Source of the DNA: Octopus sinensis | Lineage: Eukaryota | DNA: 22,231 bases | Assembly: GCF_006345805.1 (NCBI RefSeq) | Contig: NW_021823669.1 | Span: forward strand, 1-22,231 | Reading direction: 5' to 3' | In this document: piece by piece, positions 10,988-20,392 of the stretch | Position numbering within the stretch: the first letter of the stretch is position 1 | Layout: every line of letters starts with the position of its first letter | Translations under genes and position numbers: made by a program | The notes under the pieces: generated by a model | Told to the model about the DNA's origin: nothing | Database searches by the model: none | What the model saw: the letters and a program-made list of their open reading frames with translations, nothing else

Positions 10988-11466
10988 ATTGCAAATATAA
11001 GGACACGGAAAATGTGTCAAAGCCGACAGGAGACGTCGATGTTTCCTAGGGCTAAATGGCGGTGGTATAATTCCCTTACAGGACTGTCACATTGAGTTGA
11101 CAGTATACGACCACTATATCACTTCACCACCGCTTATGTCTCTCTAAGACATTTAGAAATTCAATATTTCTAATTTCGGTGATCAGTAAATAAATTTTAC
11201 TGATAATATATATTTGCAGAGAGGTTGCAGTTATCTCAGCGAGCGAGGCAGGCTACCCTGAACTGATGACGAGCAATACACTCAGAAACATGTCTTCAGG
11301 TGCCTTGTCCCGGCTTGCGGGGGTGATTGCCTCCCCATTGCAAATATAAGGACACAGAAAATGGGTCAAAGCGGACAGGAAACGTCAATGTTTCCTAGGG
11401 CTAAATGGCGGTGGTGTAATTCCCTCACGGGACTGTCACATTGAGTTGACAGTATACGACCACTAT
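10988..11466 (+). mobile_element. Retrozyme/Penelope-like element: 349-bp period, 130-bp terminal redundancy, hammerhead-containing
   Basis: Direct repeats 10988-11117 and 11337-11466 (8 substitutions); many perfect hairpins; hammerhead motif inside. Confidence 0.65.
11246..11305 (+). ncRNA. Putative type I hammerhead ribozyme with palindromic stem III
   Basis: aggca-[ggctac]-cctgaa CTGATGA c-gag-caataca-ctc-a GAAAC AT GTC ttcagg-tgcct. Stem I has 6+5 bp with a bulge; predicted cleavage after C11294. Confidence 0.72.
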
Positions 11467-11894
11467 TTTACTAAATTCTTTGTTATTTTCCTAATTGAAA
11501 TAAAGACAGTATATCACAACAGAATTATGGTAACAGAAAGATCAAGTTGGTGGGAAGAATTTATGGCAGACTTAGCTGCTGTTACAAGCAGTGTGAATGA
11601 TCAAAAATGCTCTATTTTTAACTTGCCCATGGTAGGATCATGTATTGGAGTATTTATGGAATGTCATTGGCTCTATTCCACCTGATAAAACACTGCAAAA
11701 ACTCTAAGTGGAGTCTCAAATGTTGTCTCCATTCTGAATTCCTTTGCAGAATTCCATCCAAGCTGAAGGCTTCTACCTGTACAAGAGTCAGGTGAAAAGT
11801 TCAAAGTTCATAGGCTGACCAAGATATTCTTGTAAAATATGACCTAATGAGGTTTTATTTTTCATTACTGGTGGCACGTAAAAAGCACCATCCA

Positions 11895-12080
11895 AGCGGT
11901 ATTTCATCTGCCGTTATGTTCTGAGTTCAAATTCTGCCGAGGTCGACTTTGCTTTTCATCCTTTCGGGGTCGATTAAATAAGTACCAGTTACGCACTGGG
12001 GTCGATATAATCGACTTAATTCCTTTGTCTGTCCTTGTTTGTCCCCTCTGTGTTTAGCCCCTTGAGGGCAATAAAGAAAT
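11895..12080 (+). mobile_element. 5'-truncated SINE family C
   Basis: Matches about 7525..7712. Confidence 0.8.
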
Positions 12081-12272
12081 GTTTTCCTTGGTGGTGGCAA
12101 TTGCAGTATTTCCAGACTCGTGCTTCCCCTAAATTTAACTGCCAACTTTTGCACTGTTAATGAAGCTGAACCATCATCCCCTAATGTATGAGCAGGATAG
12201 AGAGAGAGGTAGGAAGGCGTAGAGCATGCAGAGAGTTCCTTTGTTATAAATTCTTTCTTTTTTTTATTTCAG

Positions 12273-12496
12273 GCCCATTTCCTTTAATTGATGATGCTTC
12301 CAGTACAGAGTCGTTCTGCTCTGCCAACATGAACGTCTCTACAGGTATTCCAGCCTTTGACTCGCCCCCTCACGACAGCCACATTCGTTCGTCCAGTCCA
12401 ATTCAGTGTCGGGACAGCTCCCTGAATGATTCTGAAAGAAAGAAGTCTCCCTCGAACAAGAAACAAACACCCAAATCCCATCGTAATTCTACAGAA
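12273..12496 (+). CDS. RANBP2: RanBP2 exon F (GPFPLIDDASSTESFCSAN...KKQTPKSHRNSTE), Ser/Pro-rich linker
   Basis: Long T-tract + TTCAG acceptor, GTAAGT donor; phase 1 in, phase 0 out; open frame inside ORF 12188..12619. Confidence 0.85.
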
Positions 12497-12596
12497 GTAA
12501 GTTCTTATTTTGTTTGTTTAGGCAAGCGTTTTGCCAAATCCAAGGGACGGAGACCAGAGTCTTTCACTGTTCTCCTTTTGCCATTGCATTTGGGCT

Positions 12597-12945
12597 CAAG
12601 CTGTGCCTCGTGTGGTTAAGAATCTTTATTCTCAACCACATGGTTTCAGATTCAGTGGAACTTTGGGCAAATGTCTTGCACAATGAAAGCCGAGTAAGTG
12701 AATTTGGTAAATAAGTTTCCCTCTCTCTCTTTCGGAGAGGCACTGAGCAGCTATACACACACATACACACACAGCAGTAACTTCCTCCTACCGAATTCAA
12801 TCACAAAGCTCCGGTCGGCTCGGGGCTATAGTGGAAGACACTTACCCAAAGTGTCATGCAGTGGGACTGAACCCGAAACCATGTAGCTAGGAAGCAAGCT
12901 CCCTAACCACCATTTACCAAATTCACTTACTCGGCTTTCATTGTG
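12597..12945. mobile_element. Two opposed SINE family B heads plus a perfect 34-bp inverted repeat
   Basis: Head on + at about 12610-12678 and head on - at about 12790-12910; inverted repeat 12679-12712 / 12912-12945. Confidence 0.75.
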
Positions 12946-13167
12946 ATCTACTACTTTTCCTAAACTTTCTATCCATAGGTGTTTGTGTCTGTGTTTGTCC
13001 CCTACCACCGCTTGACAACTGGTATTGGTTTGCTTAAGTGCCTGTAACTTTACAGTTCAGTAATCCTCGGACCTACCAAGCTTATGGATCAGCCTCCAAG
13101 TCCTTTCAGTTTGTATCACTTGGGCCGATCAATCAGCCTGGATGTCCCAAGAGGGTTATAAAAGAAA
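12945..13167 (+). repeat. 223-bp chimeric segment, copy 2
   Basis: Copy of 9950..10172. Confidence 0.9.
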
Positions 13168-13394
13168 CCTGAAAGAAGCCCATCGTGTGTACGTGTGTCT
13201 ATATATGTGTATGGTTGTGTGTTTTTTTTATGTCCTGTTTCTTTGTATTTAACTGGAGGGTGGAATGTTACCCTTTACTATTTTTAGAGTACATATTCTT
13301 TCACAAGAATAATGTTGATAGTGACTTCAAAGTTTTGGATGTAGGCTTAGTTGGCTGAAGCTTCAAATTTGCTCTCTTCTTATAAAAGAATATA

Positions 13395-14188
13395 CTGTAA
13401 ATCCTCGAGTATAGTCCGCCCTTGATTATAAAACGCAGGGGTTTTTTAGGGGGCTGTACCTATAAAAAAACCTAAACCTTGTGTATAATACGCACTCCTT
13501 CTCTAACTTGAGTTGTGCGTAATTAAGCCAGAAGCACCTTGTCGATGCCATCTTGATTGGCATTTGTCAGATGACATCAGAGAGCAAGGAGGAGATAAAT
13601 AACAGTTTTGTTTATTTTACATTGAGATAAGAACTTTGGGACAAATTGGCCAGCAGTTGGAATATAATTTGGGACTGGAATAATAGAATTGCATTACAGA
13701 TTTAATTCTCATCCATCCTTAACCTCTGATCGAACAATGCCAGGGAATATACTGTAAACCTTGTGTATAATAGTCACCCCTTCTCTAACTTGAGACATGT
13801 GTAATTATACCAGCAGCACCTAGTCGAACAAAAACTTCTGCACATGTGTAATACAATAATGGTGATGTTCTTAACTGTTATATGGGAATGTAAATATGTT
13901 TGCAAATTGTTTTTGTTACATGTTATTCTGTGTTCTGAATACTTTTATTTTAATAAATGTTGCTTACTGCAAGTTATGGATGATTCTTTTATGACTTCAT
14001 TGCTTTCAGGCTTAGGTTAAGGTATTTTCGCACCCAACATCACAAAATGCGTCTGAATAAACATTGCCGGACAGCAAATAGAGACTCGGACATTGCTTAG
14101 AAAATATTTTTCATTTTTAACCTCGTATATAGTATTTTGACCATTAAATTTTTGGGGGAAAATGCGGATTATACTCGAGGATTTGCGG
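13395..14188. mobile_element. Non-autonomous Tc1/mariner (pogo/Tigger-like) element
   Basis: TA-ctgtaaatcctcgagtatagtccgc ... gcggattatactcgaggatttgcgg-TA; internal TIR-like repeats near 13475 and 13750. Confidence 0.82.
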
Positions 14189-14204
14189 TAGTCATTATAG
14201 ACAT

Positions 14205-14390
14205 ATCATCATCATTTAGCGTCTGCTTTCCATGCTAGCATGGATTGGACGGTTCAACTGGGGTCTGGGAAACCAGAAGGCTGCACCAGGCCCAGTCTGA
14301 TCTGGCAGTGTTTCTACAGCTAGATGCCCTTCCTAATGCCAACCACTCCGTGAGTGTAGTGAGTGCTTTTTACGTGCCCCCGGCACAGGT
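14205..14390 (-). mobile_element. SINE family A
   Basis: (CAT)n tail plus reverse-complement body. Confidence 0.8.
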
Positions 14391-14422
14391 TCATGCTATG
14401 TAGCTCTGTTTAGTTTTGGGCT

Positions 14423-14655
14423 GCTTACTGCAAGTTATGGATGATTCTTTTATGACTTCATTGCTTTCAGGCTTAGCTTAAGGTATTTTCGCGCCCGACA
14501 TCACAAAATGCATCTGAATAAACATTGCCGGACAGCAAATAGAGACTCAGACATTGCATAGAAAATATTTTTCATTTTTAACCTCGTATACAGTACGCAC
14601 TAGGGATTTTGACCGTTACATTTTTGGGGAAAATGCGGATTATACTCGAGGATTT
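14423..14655 (+). repeat. Second copy of the right end of the 13395..14188 element
   Basis: Aligns to 13961..14184, with about 12 extra bases (cgcactaggga). Confidence 0.85.
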
Positions 14656-14801
14656 ATATGTATGCATGCATGTAAATGTGTGTGTGTTTGTCTCCTCATC
14701 TGGTGATGAGTTGTATCAGTGAAACAAGTATCAGTGTTATATGAGAGATGTCAATTATTGCCAGATCATTGTACCATATTTGTTGTTGTTGTCATCCACA
14801 G

Positions 14802-14975
14802 GGCAGTCATGTGCGACCTAGTCCTGAGCGCCTCGATGCACAGTTGCGTGCTCTACAGCTGTCTCACATCTCGATCCTCAAGCCAATAGTTGACCAAAAT
14901 AAGGAGCTAACCAAATTCAATGTGTCCCTGCAACAGCAGCTCCGAGAATGCAAGGAATTGAACCAGCTATATTTG
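14802..14975 (+). CDS. RANBP2: RanBP2 exon G (GSHVRPSPERLDAQLRALQLSHISILKPIVDQNKELTKFNVSLQQQLRECKELNQLYL), predicted coiled coil
   Basis: CACAG acceptor, GTAACT donor; 174 nt, phase 0/0; heptad-like L/I/V spacing. Confidence 0.88.
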
Positions 14976-14989
14976 GTAACTTACATCTC

Positions 14990-15354
14990 TCCTTTTCTCT
15001 CTCTGTCTCCCCCCTCCCGATTCTGTCTATCTCCTGCATTTGTCTCTCTCTCTCCCCCACCACATCTCTCTCTCTCTCTCTCTCTCCCCCCCACTGCATC
15101 TGTCTGTCCCTCTGCATTTTCCTTCCACCACATCTGTCTCTCCCTCTGCCTCTCCCCCACTGCCTCCATGTTCCCCCACCGCATCAGTCCCGTCTTCCCC
15201 CACCCCTGCATCAATCAGTCTCTCCCCCTGCTCCTTGCTCATCCGTCTCTTTCCCTGCTCCTCCTTTGCCCATCTCTTTCTCCCCATCTCTCTCTCTCCG
15301 CCTCTCTCTCTCTGCCTCTCGTCACTCTCCTCTTCCCCTGAATGTGTTTGTGTG

Positions 15355-15402
<48 letters not shown>

Positions 15403-15505
15403 TATATATATACACACATTTGTATACATATATATATACATATATATACATATATATGCACACACATACATATATATACACACACACATTTATATACATA
15501 TATAT

Positions 15506-15548
<43 letters not shown>

Positions 15549-15645
15549 TTTATATACATATATATATATATGCACACACACATACATATATATACACATT
15601 TATATACATATATATGCACACACACATACATATATATATATATAA
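14990..15645. repeat. CT-rich simple repeat followed by (TA)n/(CA)n microsatellite
   Basis: Direct inspection. Confidence 0.9.
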
Positions 15646-15706
15646 TCTTTTCCGTATGTAACTCTCACTTAACTGTTTATCCTTTTCTCTCTCTCTCTCC
15701 CTACAG

Positions 15707-17189
15707 ACTGAACTCACTCAGTACCGTATGATGGCCGGCACATTTCATCCTACCACCCCAGGTGTGGCATCACCAGCAGCAGCAGGCCATCCGCCACCAG
15801 CACCACAGAGCCTGGTTGCAGCCGCGTACATGAACAGTGCTACCCCTTATGGCGCACATCCGCCTCCAGCACCACCCCTAGCCTTCACGCCATCGCCTGC
15901 GCCGACATCCTTGTGGGCATCACAATTCACTGGGTACCAGCTTCACACTCCGCTGCCCCCGAATCCTCATCAACACCCCCATATTGCTCAGTCCCCATAT
16001 GGCACAGCGACACCAACTGCTGCATCTGTTTCCCCGAAGGCAATGCCCGGAGACCGAATGCCTGCCTCGGCCCCTTATTCTAAAGTGGTGAAGATGATGG
16101 CGTCGATTACATCCCCAATGGTCACTCATTCGACTTCAGTCTTCAGCTCAAGTGCTCTGGGCACTGTTGTTACTTCGGCAGCAAGCAGTGGTCCTGCGGC
16201 CCCTATTTCCACAACCATTGCTGCCAGCTCCCCTGCTGCAGTCCCCGCCGTGGAGGCGGTTAGCAGCAGCGGACCAATGGGCGCTTCCGAAGCAGTGGTG
16301 TCCGGCAGTTGCGAGGACATCATCAACGAGGAGGAAGAGGTGGTAGAAGAGGAATGTAAAGAGGATGAAGATGACGAAGATGAGGACGAGGAGGAGGAGG
16401 AAGAGGAAGAAGAGGACGACGAAGACGAGGAGGAAGAAGAGGACGATGAAGAGGACCTGTGTCACGTGGACGGCGAGTACTACGACGAGAGCGAGTTCAA
16501 TCGCTCTTCGTCCCCACCACAGTCACTGCCCATCGCAGCTGGGTCAACCGTCCTGAACCCCCCCATGGTGGGCACCACCCGTTTCCACATTCCAGACTCC
16601 CAGCTGGTGCAAGAGTATCCGTTTGGTCACAAGACCAGCTTGGTGGGCAAATCTACGGTCACCTACTTCCCACAGCAGCCAGGTGGGCCACTGCATCACC
16701 ACCACCAGCACCATCACCACCAGCCGTCCCAGCTACAGCAGCACCGCAGCCCGGTCCCTGCCCCTGCTCCGGCACCCGCCCTGCCGCGCCCGGGCTATTT
16801 TGCTGATGTCCTTCGGGGCCACTCACTCCAGTACGGTTACCAGGCTACCAGCCCCGGCTCCAACACTGGAACAAACCTAAATGCAAGCCCATGTGGTTCT
16901 GGTACAAGCCTGACTGGAGCAACAGAGCTTGGGGTCAGTCCTGCTGGATTGAACCTGGGCCTTGGTTTGGGCTCAAGCCCCACAACCGCTGGCATCACAA
17001 GAATGTCTTCTCCTTCACCTGGCTTCTTCAGTACTGACCCCGTTAACAACAGTGGTAACATGGCTGCTGGAACCCCTAAAGGTGTGACTGGCATAGGCAT
17101 GTTTCCTTCACCCCTTTCTTCTCCAGCCACTCAGATGACCAACCCGTCCCCTTTGCAGTCTGGTGACCAGAGTACAGGTGCTACATCAA
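15707..17189 (+). CDS. RANBP2: RanBP2 exon H, 1483-nt low-complexity exon (Pro/Ala-rich, Asp/Glu tract, His/Gln tract, Ser/Thr/Gly-rich)
   Basis: CT-tract + TACAG acceptor, in frame with ORF 15728..17200; GTAAGT donor at 17190. Phase 1 out matches exon I. GC content is high relative to the introns. Confidence 0.85.
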
Positions 17190-17219
17190 GTAAGTACTGA
17201 CCCTTTTTTTCTTCTCCCT

Positions 17220-17250
<31 letters not shown>

Positions 17251-17253
<3 letters not shown>

Positions 17254-17695
17254 TAAGCAATAAGGGTTTAGCAACGAGTTGCCTTACCACATACCGAATT
17301 TAGAAATAGCAGTCAAAGGGTTATAGCTATTTCTTCTACTAAAAAGGGAGATCTCAGTAAAAACAGCATTTGGATCTCAGTAAAAACAGCATGCCGAAGA
17401 CTACTTGGTGTAATTGATAATTTTTCCAATTAATTAATTTCACCCTTCATTATTACGGATAACTATTATATATAATATATATACTAGCAATAAGGGTTTA
17501 GCAACGAGTTGCCTTACCACATACCGAATTTAGAAATAGCAGTCAAAGGGTTATAGCTATTTCTTCTACTAAAAAGGGAGATCTCAGTAAAAACAGCATT
17601 TGGATCTCAGTAAAAACAGCATGCCGAAGACTACTTGGTGTAATTGATAATTTTTCCAAATTAATTAATTTCACCCTTCATTATTACGGATAACT
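17251..17695. repeat. Near-perfect tandem duplication, ~231-bp period, bounded by (TA)n
   Basis: Copies start at 17251 and 17482 and differ only by 1-nt homopolymer-type indels. Confidence 0.92.
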
Positions 17696-17722
17696 ATATA
17701 TATATATATATATATATATGTA

Positions 17723-18101
17723 CAGGGTTGGCCAAAAGTCACCTGACAGTAAATCAAAACCATTTAATTCCAAGATTAAAACAAAAAATTATTTTATGAG
17801 ACTTCACTAATAGACTAATATTGAAAAAAAACTGATTTTTACTCTGAGCATTCGATTATTAAACATTCATAATTAGAGTGAATAAATAAAATTAAATCGT
17901 AAGTGCTTATGGAATTTTGATTTACTGATTTGGCGTTAGGAAGGGCATCCAGCTGTAGAAACTCTGCCAAATCAAGATTAGAGCCTGGTGCAGCCATCTG
18001 GTTTGCCAGTCCTCAGTCAAAATCGTCCAACCCATGCTAGCATGGAAAGCGGACGTTAAACAATGATGATGATGATGCCAGGTGACTTTTGGCCGACCTT
18101 A
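17723..18101. mobile_element. Tc1/mariner-type MITE with a nested truncated SINE A (~17930..18077)
   Basis: TA-cagggttggccaaaagtcacctg ... caggtgacttttggccgacctta (20/23 match). Confidence 0.75.
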
Positions 18102-18616
18102 CATATAGATGTATGACGGATGGAGTATGTATATTTATATATATATATATGTGTATGTATATTATTGAATAAAATAGAAGTATACTGTAGTAATGCTACC
18201 ACCTTAAATATATATATCTTGATAATACTAAAACTCTAGAGATGTTTGTGTGTACGCAGAATATTTCAGAAATATCTTAATTTTATTTGCATATTTATTT
18301 TCATGCTTGCCTTAGGCAGTGCACTGCAAATTTTTGTGATATCTGGGACTCGATTCATTAAGGAAAACGATTAAACATAAAAAAACATTGCTTCTGTGAC
18401 GTCAACACATACAGAATACACACATACATAATGAATGTCATTGCTTGTCAATCAACACAAACACGTCAGCTCTCTGTGACATATATATACACACACATAG
18501 TCTTCACACTCTAAGAAAAAAAAATTAACTGTTTAACATACACAATATTCTAATCTTTTAGAATTCTTAACTGAATGTGATTTCAAAAATGTAGACAATA
18601 TTTTTTGTTTTTTAAC

Positions 18617-18872
18617 TGGATTGGCTCCTGTGCAGGTGGCACGTAAAAAGCACCATTTGGGCGTGGCCATTGCCAGTACCACCAAACTGGCCCTCGTGCC
18701 GGTGGCACGTGAAAGCACCCGCTACACTCTCGGAGTGGTAGGCATTAGGAAAGGCATCCAGCTGTAGAAACTCTGCCAGATCAGATTGGAGTCTGGTTCG
18801 CCAGCCCTCAGTCAAAATCGTCCAACCCATGCTAGCATGGAAAGCAGACGTTAAACGATGATGATGATGATT
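18617..18872 (+). mobile_element. SINE family A with (GAT)n tail
   Basis: Same body as 560..751. Confidence 0.8.
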
Positions 18873-19528
18873 TTAAAGTGAATGGTGATCTTTTGCTTAT
18901 CCTGAGTTCGTTAATTTCCATAAAATTTTTTATTTATTTACTTTTGTTTTAAAGTGAAAGCTGCATGGACATGTGTGTGAAAGAGAAAGTGCGAGTGAGT
19001 GAAGGGGTGTGTTGTCATGTATACATACATCAATACATATGTGTACATCTTTTTTGTATGTATGTATGAGTGAATGTGTGCATTCTCATGTATGTGTAAG
19101 CGGCGCTCTCTCACATACGTTCATACATCTTTTGCTTTCTCCTCTCTTTCACTTTAAAACAAAAGTAATTGAATAAAAATATTTTATGGAAATTAACCAA
19201 CAAAACCAGCTGGTCTGGATGACAGTTCTGAGAGTCAAAGTGAAGGATGCCCTCCTAGGGTTTACCATTATAAAATTTTTTTGAGTGCATTCAATGTATT
19301 TCAGCTCCAATGATGTGGCTGCTATTTCTAGCACACCCTCCTATCATGTAACAGCTATTTGCGATAAAGAAGCTGAAATACCTGTTATGTGGTAGCAAGG
19401 CATACAAGAAATATATATATAGGTAGATATGAGCTATGGAGTGTATATATAGATATAAATGAGCGATGAAATATATATGCACACATATACATACATTCGT
19501 ACATATATTCCATTGCTCATTCATATAT

Positions 19529-19562
<34 letters not shown>

Positions 19563-19602
19563 CACAATGGAGATGGAGTACATGTATGAATGTGTGTGTA
19601 TG

Positions 19603-19641
<39 letters not shown>

Positions 19642-19666
19642 GTGTATATATATATACATATAACGG

Positions 19667-19870
19667 GAAGCTTTATGAAAATAGACAAAAGACGAAGGCA
19701 GGTTTACGGAAATAAACAAAAGACGAAGGCAGGTGGAATACAAACAAACAATTGTATTAGTATGGCGCTCAGGAAATATAAATAAAACAAGTCTTTAACG
19801 TTTCGAGCCTACGCTCTTCAACAGAAAGATACACAGAGAAAATAAACACAGAAGGAGAGAAAAAAATTTA
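19667..19870 (-). mobile_element. Short Penelope-like (PLE)-type fragment
   Basis: Contains a minimal hammerhead-like motif; aggagagaaaaaaa is also seen near 1228. Confidence 0.4.
19792..19829 (-). ncRNA. Degenerate minimal type I hammerhead-like motif
   Basis: Minus strand tcttt CTGTTGA a gagc-gtag-gctc GAAA CG TT aaaga: stem I 5 bp, stem II 4 bp, palindromic stem III; core deviates (A6 to U, GUU site). Confidence 0.5.
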
Positions 19871-19934
19871 CACATGAATGAGCAATGGAGATGGAGTATA
19901 TGTACGAATGTGTGTATGTATGTATGTATGTATG

Positions 19935-19993
<59 letters not shown>

Positions 19994-20122
19994 TGAACGA
20001 GCAATGGAGATGGAGTATATGTACGAATGTGTGTATATGTGTGTGTTTGTGTATATATATATATATATACATACACACATATATATATGTAATCTAACAT
20101 GTTTTCTTAAATGTCTCTGCAG

Positions 20123-20314
20123 TAACCACTCCTGGACAGCCACCCTCGTCAGCCCTCCTAAAAGTTCTAAACAATAACCACCATCAGCATCAACAACCAG
20201 CTGAAATAATGAAATACCCTGCTTCTAGCTCGTCTTCGGGACTTGGTTTGACCCTCAACACACCCGAAGCATCCAAAGGCCCCACCCAGACATTTGGTGG
20301 TTTCACCTTCTCCT
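20123..20314 (+). CDS. RANBP2: RanBP2 exon I (ITTPGQPPSSALLKVL...GPTQTFGGFTFS)
   Basis: TCTCTGCAG acceptor, GTAAGT donor; phase 1/1; FGGFTF nucleoporin-type motif. Confidence 0.85.
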
Positions 20315-20392
20315 GTAAGTAAATCCCTCTTTCTCTCTCTCTCTCTCCCTTTTTATGTCATTGGCGTTTTGTTGTTAGACTGATACATGCAG

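Larger units (their letters stand above)
19430..20090. repeat. Microsatellite field with a recurring ~45-bp island (gagcaatggagatggagtatatgtacgaatg) in both orientations
   Basis: Minus copy at about 19490-19525; plus copies near 19565, 19875 and 19995. Confidence 0.8.

Noticed and set aside
11220-11300. Candidate exon after tttgcag at 11219
   Set aside because: The phase-compatible frame hits TGA at 11264, there is no good donor, and the sequence is the hammerhead element; exon E joins exon F in frame without it.
11750-11791. Candidate exon after cctttgcag
   Set aside because: In-frame stop after EFHPS.
14917-15731. Overlapping long ORFs on both strands
   Set aside because: CT-rich and TA/CA simple repeats in intron G-H; only 14802..14975 is a supported exon.
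15920-17130. Antisense and alternative-frame ORFs over exon H
   Set aside because: Expected shadows of a GC-rich low-complexity coding exon; no independent support.
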